Under the pieces are notes generated by a model. It did no database searches, was not told the origin of the DNA, and was given only the letters and a program-made list of their open reading frames with translations. From Verrucomicrobiota bacterium (GTDB lineage: Bacteria; Verrucomicrobiota; Verrucomicrobiia; Chthoniobacterales; UBA10450): DNA of 64,000 nucleotides. The position numbers and the translations under genes were made by a program. The stretch spans positions 2,120 through 66,119 of the forward strand of contig JBKPQR010000031.1 of NCBI GenBank assembly GCA_046734175.1. The letters run 5' to 3'. Shown here piece after piece: positions 56,382-64,000 of this stretch (position 1 is its first letter; each line of letters opens with the position of its first letter).

Positions 56382-58030
56382 GTGTTTGAAGTGGTGGATG
56401 CGACAGGGAGCTCGAGGGTGAAAGTGGCGCCGTGGCCGGAGCCGGCGCTGGCGACGGAGAGGGAGCCGCCCATGGCACGCGCGGCCAGCGCGCCACTGTG
56501 CAGGCCGAAGCCATGCCCTTCCTCTCTCGTGGTGAAACCGTGAGCGAAGACGCGGGTGAGGTTTTCCGGTGAAATGCCGATGCCGTTGTCTGCGACGACC
56601 ACGTGCACGTTGCGCTCGTTGACGGCGAATACAGAAACGGTGATGCGCTTGTCGGTGTGCTTCACTTCATCGAGCGCGTATTTGGCGTTGCGCAGAAGGT
56701 TAATGAGAATTTGCAGCACTTTGTGCCGATCGACCCGCACCAGCGGCACGGGCGAAAAGTGTCGCTCTACCTTCACACCATGGCGCTCGAAGGCACCGAT
56801 GTTCATCGCGATGGCGTCCTCAACCAGCCGATGCGCGGGCAAATTCTCGAAGACGCCGCTGACCTTGGCGTAGCTTTGCTGCATCGCGACCACTTCCTTG
56901 ATGTGCTCGATGTTGCGGCCAAGCTGGTCGACTTCCTCCAGAAGCTCGGCGTTCTCGGCCACGAAAAATTCCCCCAGCTTTGCCAGATAACTGGGCAGTT
57001 TCTGCCCGTTGGGATCGTTGGTGAGATACTCGCCCACGTTTCCGTTGTGCTGAGTAAGCAGGGCGGCGGCTTTGGCCAGTTTTGGCGCTTTCGACCGGCG
57101 GAGCTTTTCCACGACTAATCCAGCTGAGACATTCACGCTGTTGAGAACATTGCCGACATTGTGGAGCACGCCCGTTGCCACCTCAGCCATTCCGGCCAGC
57201 CGCGAAGTCTCGAGCAGCTTCTGCTGGGAAATGCGCAAAGCTTCCTCGGCCTGTTGCCTTTCATTGATCTCGCGCTGGAGCGCGTCCACCTGCTCTTGCA
57301 ATTCACGTTGCGCTCCCTGTAACGCTGTGTCCTGCGATTCGATCTGATCCAGCATCTGGTTAAATGCATCGGTCAGCACGCCAACCTCATCACGGCAATG
57401 CCGCGGCGCCCGCACGGAGTAGTCGTGATGGTCGGCCACAGTTCGCGCAGTGCCGGTGAGGCGCAGAATGGGATTGGTAATAAACCGCTGAAACTGGTTC
57501 GAAAGAATGAATACAAACAGAAGCGACGCGCCGAGCACGAGAGCGAAAATGCTCCCGTAGAGTCTTAGCAGCTCGGAAGTCATGGCCTGCAAATCAGCCA
57601 GCAGGTAAAGCGTGCCTTCCCGTTTCCCGTTCAGTAGGACGGGTTGCGCGAGCAGGATGCGGTTGCCATCGGCTTTAAAGCCGGAGCGCAACTGAGCCGC
57701 GCTCATCTCACCTTCGTCTCGCGCCGCGCCGAAGAAGGCCAGACGTTGGCCGTCCTCCAGTTCCAGACGCGCGCTCACGATCTGCGGCATCGCTTTTAAT
57801 CCAGTGAGAATCTGCGCCGCTGTGTCTTCGTCTTTAAACATGACCGTGGCGGCACAGTTGTGCGCGGTGATTTCGCCCACCACGGCAAGCTCGTGCGCGG
57901 ACTGCTGGCGCAGCGTGTAGGCTTGAAACCAGAAAAGTGCGGCGAACGCGAGAAGCAACACCACACTGGATATCAGCATGATGACGAGCGTAATCTTTTG
58001 CCGGATAGGGCGATCGCGCAGGTTTGGCAT
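56378..58030 (-). CDS. membrane sensor histidine kinase with HAMP domain
   Basis: TM, extracytoplasmic domain, TM, HAMP, coiled coil, GVLHNVGNVLNS H-box-like region and a HATPase (GHGFGLH). 4-bp overlap with the downstream hybrid kinase. Confidence 0.85.
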   Translation of the reverse strand: MPNLRDRPIRQKITLVIMLISSVVLLLAFAALFWFQAYTLRQQSAHELAVVGEITAHNCAATVMFKDEDTAAQILTGLKAMPQIVSARLELEDGQRLAFFGAARDEGEMSAAQLRSGFKADGNRILLAQPVLLNGKREGTLYLLADLQAMTSELLRLYGSIFALVLGASLLFVFILSNQFQRFITNPILRLTGTARTVADHHDYSVRAPRHCRDEVGVLTDAFNQMLDQIESQDTALQGAQRELQEQVDALQREINERQQAEEALRISQQKLLETSRLAGMAEVATGVLHNVGNVLNSVNVSAGLVVEKLRRSKAPKLAKAAALLTQHNGNVGEYLTNDPNGQKLPSYLAKLGEFFVAENAELLEEVDQLGRNIEHIKEVVAMQQSYAKVSGVFENLPAHRLVEDAIAMNIGAFERHGVKVERHFSPVPLVRVDRHKVLQILINLLRNAKYALDEVKHTDKRITVSVFAVNERNVHVVVADNGIGISPENLTRVFAHGFTTREEGHGFGLHSGALAARAMGGSLSVASAGSGHGATFTLELPVASTTSNT

Positions 58031-58157
58031 AATTCGACAGCGGGAATAACAGCTACTTTCGAGCCGAGCGGAAAAAATTCCGTGGCGGCGGCAACATTCA
58101 TGCTCTTTCCCTGGAGCGACGCCCCCCGGAGAAAGCGAGAACATCCATCACTAATTC

Positions 58158-60059
58158 ATGAATCCAATAACGGAACCTGCCCCACCGCCGTCGAAGCAGC
58201 CGAAGGAAAGAGAAGCAAAGCAATCTGCACGAATACCCGATTCTGAAGATGGCCGCCGCGGTTGGACCGCCGTTATTGTTGCAGGGGTGGCCCTGGTCCT
58301 CGGCTTTGGCTTTTGGAGCTTATCGCGGCGACTGACGCCCGAGATCACCACAGCAGCAGCGACCGAGTCAGCTTACGTCGCTTCTTTTCCGGAGAAGAGC
58401 ATAGCGGTGCTTCCATTCCAGGATGTGAGTGAAGAGCAGCAAGACAGCTTTCTTGCTGATGGATTGCAGGATGACATTCTCACTGCGCTCTCCAAGCTAT
58501 CCGAACTACGAGTAATCAGCCGCACTTCCGTAAGTACCTATACTCCAGGTAAACCGCGCAACTACCGCGAGATCGCGCAAAGTCTGGGTGTGGCTTACAT
58601 TCTGGAAGGAACTATCCGGCGCAACGGCGACAAGCTAATCATTACTACTCAGCTCACCGATGCGCGTCGCGACGCGAAATCATCCACCGAAAACTACGAG
58701 CGCGATCTCGCTGATGTTTTTGGCATGCAGAGCGAACTTGTCCAACGCGTCGCGTCTGAGCTGCAAGCCGATATCTCGCCTGAAGAAAAAGCCGCCATTG
58801 AAGAGCGGCCGACCAAAGATCCAGTCGCTTACGGACTCTATGTCCGCGGAAAAACTCTCATTGCCAGTGTTTCATTCAACGCCCAGATCAACGAGAAGCT
58901 CATCGAAGCCACCCAGCTGCTTGACCAGGCCATCGCGCGCGACCCTAATCTTTACCTGGCCTACTGCCAGCTAGCGGCCGCCCATAATTACCTCTACTTT
59001 TTCGGCCTCGATCATACTCCGGCTCGTCTTGCTCTGGCAGAGTCGGCCGTAAAGAAGGTGGAGCAATTGCGCCCGGATGCGGGTGAGACGCACCTGGCCA
59101 AGGCGAACTACTACTACCGTTGTCACCTCGATTACCAGCGCGCCCGGGCCGAGCTTGCCCTGGCTCAACGTGCACTTCCTAACAATTCCGAGATATTCGA
59201 ACTAACCGGCTACATTGATCGCCGCCAGAACCTCTGGAACGAATCGTCGCGCAGCTTGCAAAAGGCATTTGAGCTCGATCCACGCAATTTCTTCCTTCTT
59301 CAGCAAATCGCTTCGAGCTATCAGGAGCTCCGGCAATTCAGAGCCATGGCCGCTGCCCTCGATCGCGCACTGGCTCTTGTTCCCCATGATTTCGACACAC
59401 GAGTCACCCGGCCTTTAGTCGATTTGGAATGGCGTGCCGACACTCGACCGCTGCACCAAACCATTCAGACGCTCCTGGCCGAGAATCCGAAGTCGGCTCC
59501 CGACCTGGGAGACCAATGGCTCTACGTCTCGCTTTGCGAGCGCGACGCTGCGGGCGCGGCGCAAGCCGTGGCCGTTATCCCCGCCACAGGAACGTCCACC
59601 GACTTAAACTTCCCCCGGCCCTGGTGCGAAGCGCTAGCCGCTCGCCTCCGCGGCGACGAAGCCGCCGCGCATGCTGCATTCCTTGCCGCGCGCGCGGAAG
59701 CTGAAAAGACCGTTCACGAACAACCGGATTATGGGCCCGCTCTTTGCGTGCTCGGCCTCATCGATGCCGGGCTTGGCCGTAAAGAGGAAGCAACCGCTGA
59801 AGGGCGACGCGCGGCTCAAATGTTACCGACGACAAAGGATGCCATCGACGGCGCCGAGATCATGAAATACCTCGCCGTAATCTATCTCTGGTGCGGGGAG
59901 AAAGATCTCGCCCTTGACCAAATCGAAGCCACTCTTCGCATCCCGAGCACGCTGAGCTACGGTAACTTAAAACTTCATCCAAATTGGGATGCCTTACGCG
60001 GAGATCCGCGCTTCGAGAAGATCGTGGCTGACCTCGCGCCCAAACCGGCCGGGACGTAG
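58158..60059 (+). CDS. membrane-anchored TPR repeat protein with TolB-N-like module
   Basis: TM, then KSIAVLPFQDVSEEQQDSFLADGLQDDILTALSKLSELRVISRTS, then multiple TPR-like repeats. Confidence 0.75.
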   Translation: MNPITEPAPPPSKQPKEREAKQSARIPDSEDGRRGWTAVIVAGVALVLGFGFWSLSRRLTPEITTAAATESAYVASFPEKSIAVLPFQDVSEEQQDSFLADGLQDDILTALSKLSELRVISRTSVSTYTPGKPRNYREIAQSLGVAYILEGTIRRNGDKLIITTQLTDARRDAKSSTENYERDLADVFGMQSELVQRVASELQADISPEEKAAIEERPTKDPVAYGLYVRGKTLIASVSFNAQINEKLIEATQLLDQAIARDPNLYLAYCQLAAAHNYLYFFGLDHTPARLALAESAVKKVEQLRPDAGETHLAKANYYYRCHLDYQRARAELALAQRALPNNSEIFELTGYIDRRQNLWNESSRSLQKAFELDPRNFFLLQQIASSYQELRQFRAMAAALDRALALVPHDFDTRVTRPLVDLEWRADTRPLHQTIQTLLAENPKSAPDLGDQWLYVSLCERDAAGAAQAVAVIPATGTSTDLNFPRPWCEALAARLRGDEAAAHAAFLAARAEAEKTVHEQPDYGPALCVLGLIDAGLGRKEEATAEGRRAAQMLPTTKDAIDGAEIMKYLAVIYLWCGEKDLALDQIEATLRIPSTLSYGNLKLHPNWDALRGDPRFEKIVADLAPKPAGT

Positions 60060-60101
60060 CCCGCATTGAGCAAGGGCAGCCTGGAGATCTTCTACAATCT
60101 C

Positions 60102-60392
60102 CTAACGACCTCCGGCGCCGAAGAGCAATTTCAGCGCTTGCTGGAAGCAGGCGACATCATATTGGCTAACTGATTTTGGATTCTTGGAGTTTTGAGTTTG
60201 CTCACCGGCATACACAGTCCCAGCTTTACCGTCCTCGTTAAATGCCGAACCCGGCGCCGACGCCGCATGTCCTGGGGTTGTGTCTTCACATTCCTGATTG
60301 GGTTGCCCGGTACCAGGTGGATTGCCGGCGACGACGGTACTGGCTAGCGCGCACGAGACCACAACTGCCAATGTATTCAATGATGTTTTCAT
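60102..60392 (-). CDS. small secreted hypothetical protein
   Basis: Signal peptide MKTSLNTLAVVVSCALASTVVA. No recognised domain. Confidence 0.45.
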   Translation of the reverse strand: MKTSLNTLAVVVSCALASTVVAGNPPGTGQPNQECEDTTPGHAASAPGSAFNEDGKAGTVYAGEQTQNSKNPKSVSQYDVACFQQALKLLFGAGGR

Positions 60393-60419
60393 AACCCGCA
60401 GACTGCCCTGCTTTTCGCA

Positions 60420-60911
60420 ATGAGACAGGCTCAAAATAGTAACGCGGCTGTTACTTTTACCTTGCTCCGCCCGCCGCGAAAACTCCTAAACGCCAGTCGC
60501 AACTTCAGCGTCAGCTCCGGTGACCACCGCTCCACGACGCAAAACACCGCGCCTTACACGGAAGGCCGAGTCTGGCAGATCACAATGGTCAAGACGAAGT
60601 CTGGCGTGAGCGATGACTACCTCAAAGCTCTGGCAAGATATTCAAATCGCCAATGATGAAGCCAAAAAGCAACAGATCATCACGGATTACAAAAACCTGG
60701 CCGGTGATGCGGCTACAGAGCAGGATTTCGATATGCTGCTCATGGTGGAATACCCAAACATGGCGTCACTCGATGGTCTGCGAGATAAGATGGACCATTT
60801 AGTGCCAAACTAATTGGGACTGAAGACCAGCAGCGCCAGCTCGCAGTCAAGGGTCTGGAAATCCGCGAGATCATGGGTGACAAGACCATGCGCGAGATCA
60901 CGCTGAAATAA
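60420..60911 (+). pseudogene. hypothetical gene interrupted by two compensating frameshifts
   Basis: Frame 0 (60420-60656) ...YTEGRVWQITMVKTKSGVSDDYLKAL. Frame 1 (to 60813) QDIQIANDEAKKQQIITDYKNLAGDAATEQDFDMLLMVEYPNMASLDGLRDKMDHLV. Frame 0 again from 60810 LIGTEDQQRQLAVKGLEIREIMGDKTMREITLK-stop. Confidence 0.45.
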
Positions 60912-61009
60912 TTGCTTCCCGCAGGCGGTGCTGCCTTTCGAAGTGCGAGAAGACGGCACTGGGCTGCCGGCTCGGGGCATTGGCGGATTTTTGCTTAGCA
61001 GACTTTAGG

Positions 61010-62404
61010 TTAGAGATTATCGGGCGGCAGAACCTTTGAGATGTTGAATATCTCGAAAGCGTTCGTGGTGCCGCCGCCTTCAACGATGTAGGCGTAGTTG
61101 CCGGAGACGAAGATGTCATCCGGCTGTCCGCTGTGGGCAAGGGGGCTCTGACTTATGCGCAAAGGCCTGGCCGGGTTCGAGACGTCGAATATCTCGAACG
61201 CGTTGGTCGTTCCCGAGCCCTCCACTATGTAAGCGAAGCCGTTTCTGACCCAGATGGCGTCGCCGCCGCCCGTATCAATGCTGCCCGCGTTGGCAAGGTC
61301 GGCCTGGCCGGCCAAAACCGGGGCCGACGGGTTGGATATGTCGAAGATTTGGAAGGCGTTGGTCGTTCCCGCGCCCTCGGCGATGTAGGCGTAGTTGCCT
61401 GAGACGAAGATGCCATCGTCCGGGACTCCATAATTCAGGTCGGTCGCGCTCTTAAGGACCGGCGCCGCCGGGTTCGAGACATCGAAGATGTCGAAGCCTT
61501 TGCTCCCAGCTCCGCCGATAGCGATGTAGGCGTAGTTGCCCTGGACGTAGATAGAAGCTTGGTCGAACGCAGTGAGATTGCTCTGACTGACGCGCACCGG
61601 AGCTGCCGGATTCGATATGTCGAATATCTCGAAGCTACTGCTGTAGCTGCCGCCCTCGACAATGTAGGCGTAGTTGCCCTTCACGAATAGACGGTCGCCG
61701 GCGTTATTGGTCAGGTTGGCCTGGCCGACGAGCACGGGCGCGGCTGGGTTAGTGACGTTAAATACTTGGAGCGCGTTAACCGTGCCGCCTCCCTCAACGA
61801 TAAATGCGAAGCCGTGTTTAACCCACATGTCGTCCGTCGACACCCCGTTGCCGCCATTGGCCAGCTCGCGCTGGCTGATCAAGACAGGAGCTTTAGGGTG
61901 GGATATATCGAATATCTGGAAAGCGCTGGTAGTGCCGCTCCCCTCCACGACGTAGGCGTAAGTGCCTGTAACGAAGATGCCGTCGCCCCCGCCGCCGACA
62001 ACCTTGCCTTGCGCCAAGTTACTCTGGCTAACGCGCCGCGCGAGAGTAGAGACCTGAAAAATGATAGTTTGCGCGATGTAGCCGCCCGCCGGCGTAGTGG
62101 CGCGCAGGTAGTAGCTGCCCGAGGGAATTGTTATGGTCGAGAGCGTGATCGTGCTCGTGCCACTGACCGCTGCCACGCTGGGACTAGTGACGCCCGTCGA
62201 GCTGTTTACGAATATAAGCTGTGAGTTCGCAGGAAGGCCGAAGTAGTCCGCCGTCACAGTGCTGCCTGTTTGGGATACGTAATTGATGCGGGGACCGGTG
62301 GTGATCGCGCTAGAAGCGAAGGAAACTAAAGCGATGCCGAGAACGAGCAAACCCAGCATCTTTTCTTTCATGCGATCTTTATGATTCTTACGATTAGTAT
62401 GCAC
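61010..62404 (-). CDS. secreted LVIVD-repeat beta-propeller protein
   Basis: Signal peptide, an Ig-like N-domain and about 8 tandem units of the type GNYAYIVEGGGTTNAFEIFD(I/V)SNPAAPV. Confidence 0.8.
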   Translation of the reverse strand: MHTNRKNHKDRMKEKMLGLLVLGIALVSFASSAITTGPRINYVSQTGSTVTADYFGLPANSQLIFVNSSTGVTSPSVAAVSGTSTITLSTITIPSGSYYLRATTPAGGYIAQTIIFQVSTLARRVSQSNLAQGKVVGGGGDGIFVTGTYAYVVEGSGTTSAFQIFDISHPKAPVLISQRELANGGNGVSTDDMWVKHGFAFIVEGGGTVNALQVFNVTNPAAPVLVGQANLTNNAGDRLFVKGNYAYIVEGGSYSSSFEIFDISNPAAPVRVSQSNLTAFDQASIYVQGNYAYIAIGGAGSKGFDIFDVSNPAAPVLKSATDLNYGVPDDGIFVSGNYAYIAEGAGTTNAFQIFDISNPSAPVLAGQADLANAGSIDTGGGDAIWVRNGFAYIVEGSGTTNAFEIFDVSNPARPLRISQSPLAHSGQPDDIFVSGNYAYIVEGGGTTNAFEIFNISKVLPPDNL

Positions 62405-62734
62405 GCATATGATGTAGTCGCGTCATACATCTTATCGGAGTGAATCGTTTTTGCAAAGTGATCAAAAGCTGATGCGGCTCGCACGTTATACGCCGGAACA
62501 AACTGGACCGGCACGCCTTTTCTCTTTGTCGCCGAGTTCGTTTACGACCGTAACGCTGCTCTTCTTTCCGCAGACGCAGCTAGGCTGCGCGTTATTAGCA
62601 GGAAAGCAGAAAGCGACCAGCTAGCATGAAACCAGTTCGGGTGTGGTGGAGCGTAGGACCGGAGCACAAGAAAACCATAACGTCAGGGAGTTCGCATCTA
62701 CTCTTTGCCTTCAAAGGTGCGAGTTGGCGCGTGT

Positions 62735-63547
62735 TCACTCTACTCCGATGAGTGAGATACCGGCCTGAATTGCTGCTTCCATCAGGTCTTCTTTTTCCAG
62801 CAACAACGTTCGTCCAGCCTCCACTGCCACTACTCGAATCTTCGCTTCAGCCGCGGCTCGAACGGTTGCCAGACCGATCACTGGAACATCGAATCGCATG
62901 TCCTGATTCGGTTTGGATACTTTGATGATGATAGCGTTCCCGCGAGCAAGCGCTCCGCCCCGGGCGATCGTGTCGTTGGTTCCCTCTAGAGCTTCAACGG
63001 CGAGAACGGTGCCGTTTTTCACAACTACAGTTTGTCCTACGTCCAAGCCTGCGATCGCTTTGGCAATACGCGAGCCAAATTCCACGTCAGCTTCTTCGCG
63101 GGAAGAAGGCTTAGGCCCTGCGATCAAACCTCTGGGCGCAATGAACGTTTCCAGAAAGGTCGTCGCCGGCAATAAGCTCACGCCGATCCTATCGAGTTCC
63201 GAGGCAACGGCACTAAAGATCGATTCCGCGTTGCGCTGCTTCAGCTTGGCCAGGAGCAACAAGGCACGCCAGTCCGGTCGCAGATCGAACAGATTGCGCG
63301 GGGCGATTTGGCCCGCCATCATGGCCCGAGCTATTCCCCACCCGCGCAGCGCCGAGAACATGCGTCCCAACTGACCGACGCGCAGCCAGCAAATCTCATC
63401 CACAAACTGAGCGAGCTTCGGGTCCGTCTCGTCCGTGAAAGCGACGGCTGCGATCCTGCGCACGCCAGCTGCCCGGGCTGACTGCGCCAGTAAGCGCGGA
63501 TAAGCGCCGTTGCCGGCGATGATTGCGAGTTGATCAACCGCTTCCAT
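62735..63547 (-). CDS. lpxI: UDP-2,3-diacylglucosamine diphosphatase LpxI
   Basis: LAIIAGNGAYP N-terminus. LDVGQTVVVKNGTVLAVEALEGTNDTIARGG and KVSKPNQDMRFDVPVIG are characteristic of LpxI/DUF1009. Confidence 0.85.
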   Translation of the reverse strand: MEAVDQLAIIAGNGAYPRLLAQSARAAGVRRIAAVAFTDETDPKLAQFVDEICWLRVGQLGRMFSALRGWGIARAMMAGQIAPRNLFDLRPDWRALLLLAKLKQRNAESIFSAVASELDRIGVSLLPATTFLETFIAPRGLIAGPKPSSREEADVEFGSRIAKAIAGLDVGQTVVVKNGTVLAVEALEGTNDTIARGGALARGNAIIIKVSKPNQDMRFDVPVIGLATVRAAAEAKIRVVAVEAGRTLLLEKEDLMEAAIQAGISLIGVE

Positions 63548-63589
63548 CGTGGCAGCCCACCCTGCGTTTGGCGCAACGTCTCTACAAAA

Positions 63590-63997
63590 CTATTGATGCC
63601 GGCGCCGTTTGACGTGCAGTTGCGCGAGCGCCTTTTGTAACGACGCCTGGATGGCAGCGATCTCTTCGGCGCTGTGGTCCTCCTTCATCGCAGCCTGCGC
63701 CCGCGCCACTGCCTGCTCCGCCGCTGCTTCATCAATCCGTTCCGCTTCCAGCGCCACATCGGTCAGAACCGAGACGCGTTCGGCCGTGATTTCAATGAAT
63801 CCTTCGCCCACAGCCAACGAACTGGAGCGCCCACTTTTAACGACCCGCAGCTCCCCCGGTTTCAGCAATGTCAAAAGTGGCACGTGATTCGGATAGACAC
63901 CGAGTTCGCCTTCCGATCCAGGTAGCGTCACCATCTCCACCTCCTCCGCGTAGGCAGTAGTTTCAGGAGTAACGATTTCCAGCCGCAGCGTTGCCAT
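63590..63997 (-). CDS. atpC: F0F1 ATP synthase subunit epsilon
   Basis: MATLRLEIVTPE...VTLPGSEGELGVYPNHVPLLTLLKPGELRV pattern. ATG at 63995-63997 (the ORF track starts at the TTG one codon earlier). Confidence 0.9.
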   Translation of the reverse strand: MATLRLEIVTPETTAYAEEVEMVTLPGSEGELGVYPNHVPLLTLLKPGELRVVKSGRSSSLAVGEGFIEITAERVSVLTDVALEAERIDEAAAEQAVARAQAAMKEDHSAEEIAAIQASLQKALAQLHVKRRRHQ

Positions 63998-64000
63998 CAA

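Noticed and set aside
61010-62404. Periodic DNA repeats that might suggest a CRISPR or other array
   Set aside because: The periodicity (about 135 nt) is in-frame and corresponds to LVIVD protein repeats inside one long ORF. There are no short identical direct repeats with unique spacers.
62405-62734. 330-bp intergenic region upstream of the LVIVD gene as a riboswitch or ncRNA
   Set aside because: I could not recognise any known riboswitch core or a stable conserved structure by eye. It is left unassigned.

Overview
64-kb chromosomal window, roughly high-50s %GC by eye. The gene content fits a Verrucomicrobiota-type genome (Minf_1886/TIGR04138-like protein, DUF1844, LpxI, LVIVD propeller). 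All family calls come from motifs I recognise in the translations; no searches were run. Positions 1-27 kb and 52.9-64 kb are ordinary housekeeping. They hold TopIB, an M16 peptidase, mfd, a SurA-like PPIase, pdxA, a macAB-type efflux operon, dksA-like/rpmG/rpsR, alr, tsaB, tsaE, thiL, sppA, a LigD polymerase domain, tRNA-Ala, two histidine kinases, a TPR protein, lpxI and atpC. The middle part (27.1-52.85 kb) looks like an old, decaying genomic island at tRNA-Arg(TCT). A 23-bp copy of the tRNA 5' part lies at its far end and a truncated integrase sits next to the tRNA. Several genes inside are broken: a TerC frameshift, a multiply disrupted membrane-protein gene and a short TonB-like stub. 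The cargo is stress, redox and metal related: cupredoxins, DUF4142, TerC, HPF/RaiA, two Rnk/GreA-like paralogs, a LysR regulator, cytochrome c peroxidase, an M90 peptidase, a PRC-barrel protein, glutaredoxin, a GH15 glucoamylase, folE, a Cu P-type ATPase and Dps. The most interesting signals are two recurrent cis-elements inside this island. One is a 10-N8-10 inverted repeat (AATWAGTCAA-N8-TTGACTWATT, 4 copies) in promoter regions, one copy just upstream of a Cys-rich HTH regulator. The other is a near-invariant 12-mer box (AGTCTTAGTCGA on the minus strand, 4 copies) at a fixed short distance upstream of four minus-strand gene strings. Those strings include unannotated small membrane peptides. 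I see no CRISPR array, no intact transposase and no recognisable defence system. The putative regulons are hypotheses, not demonstrated systems.
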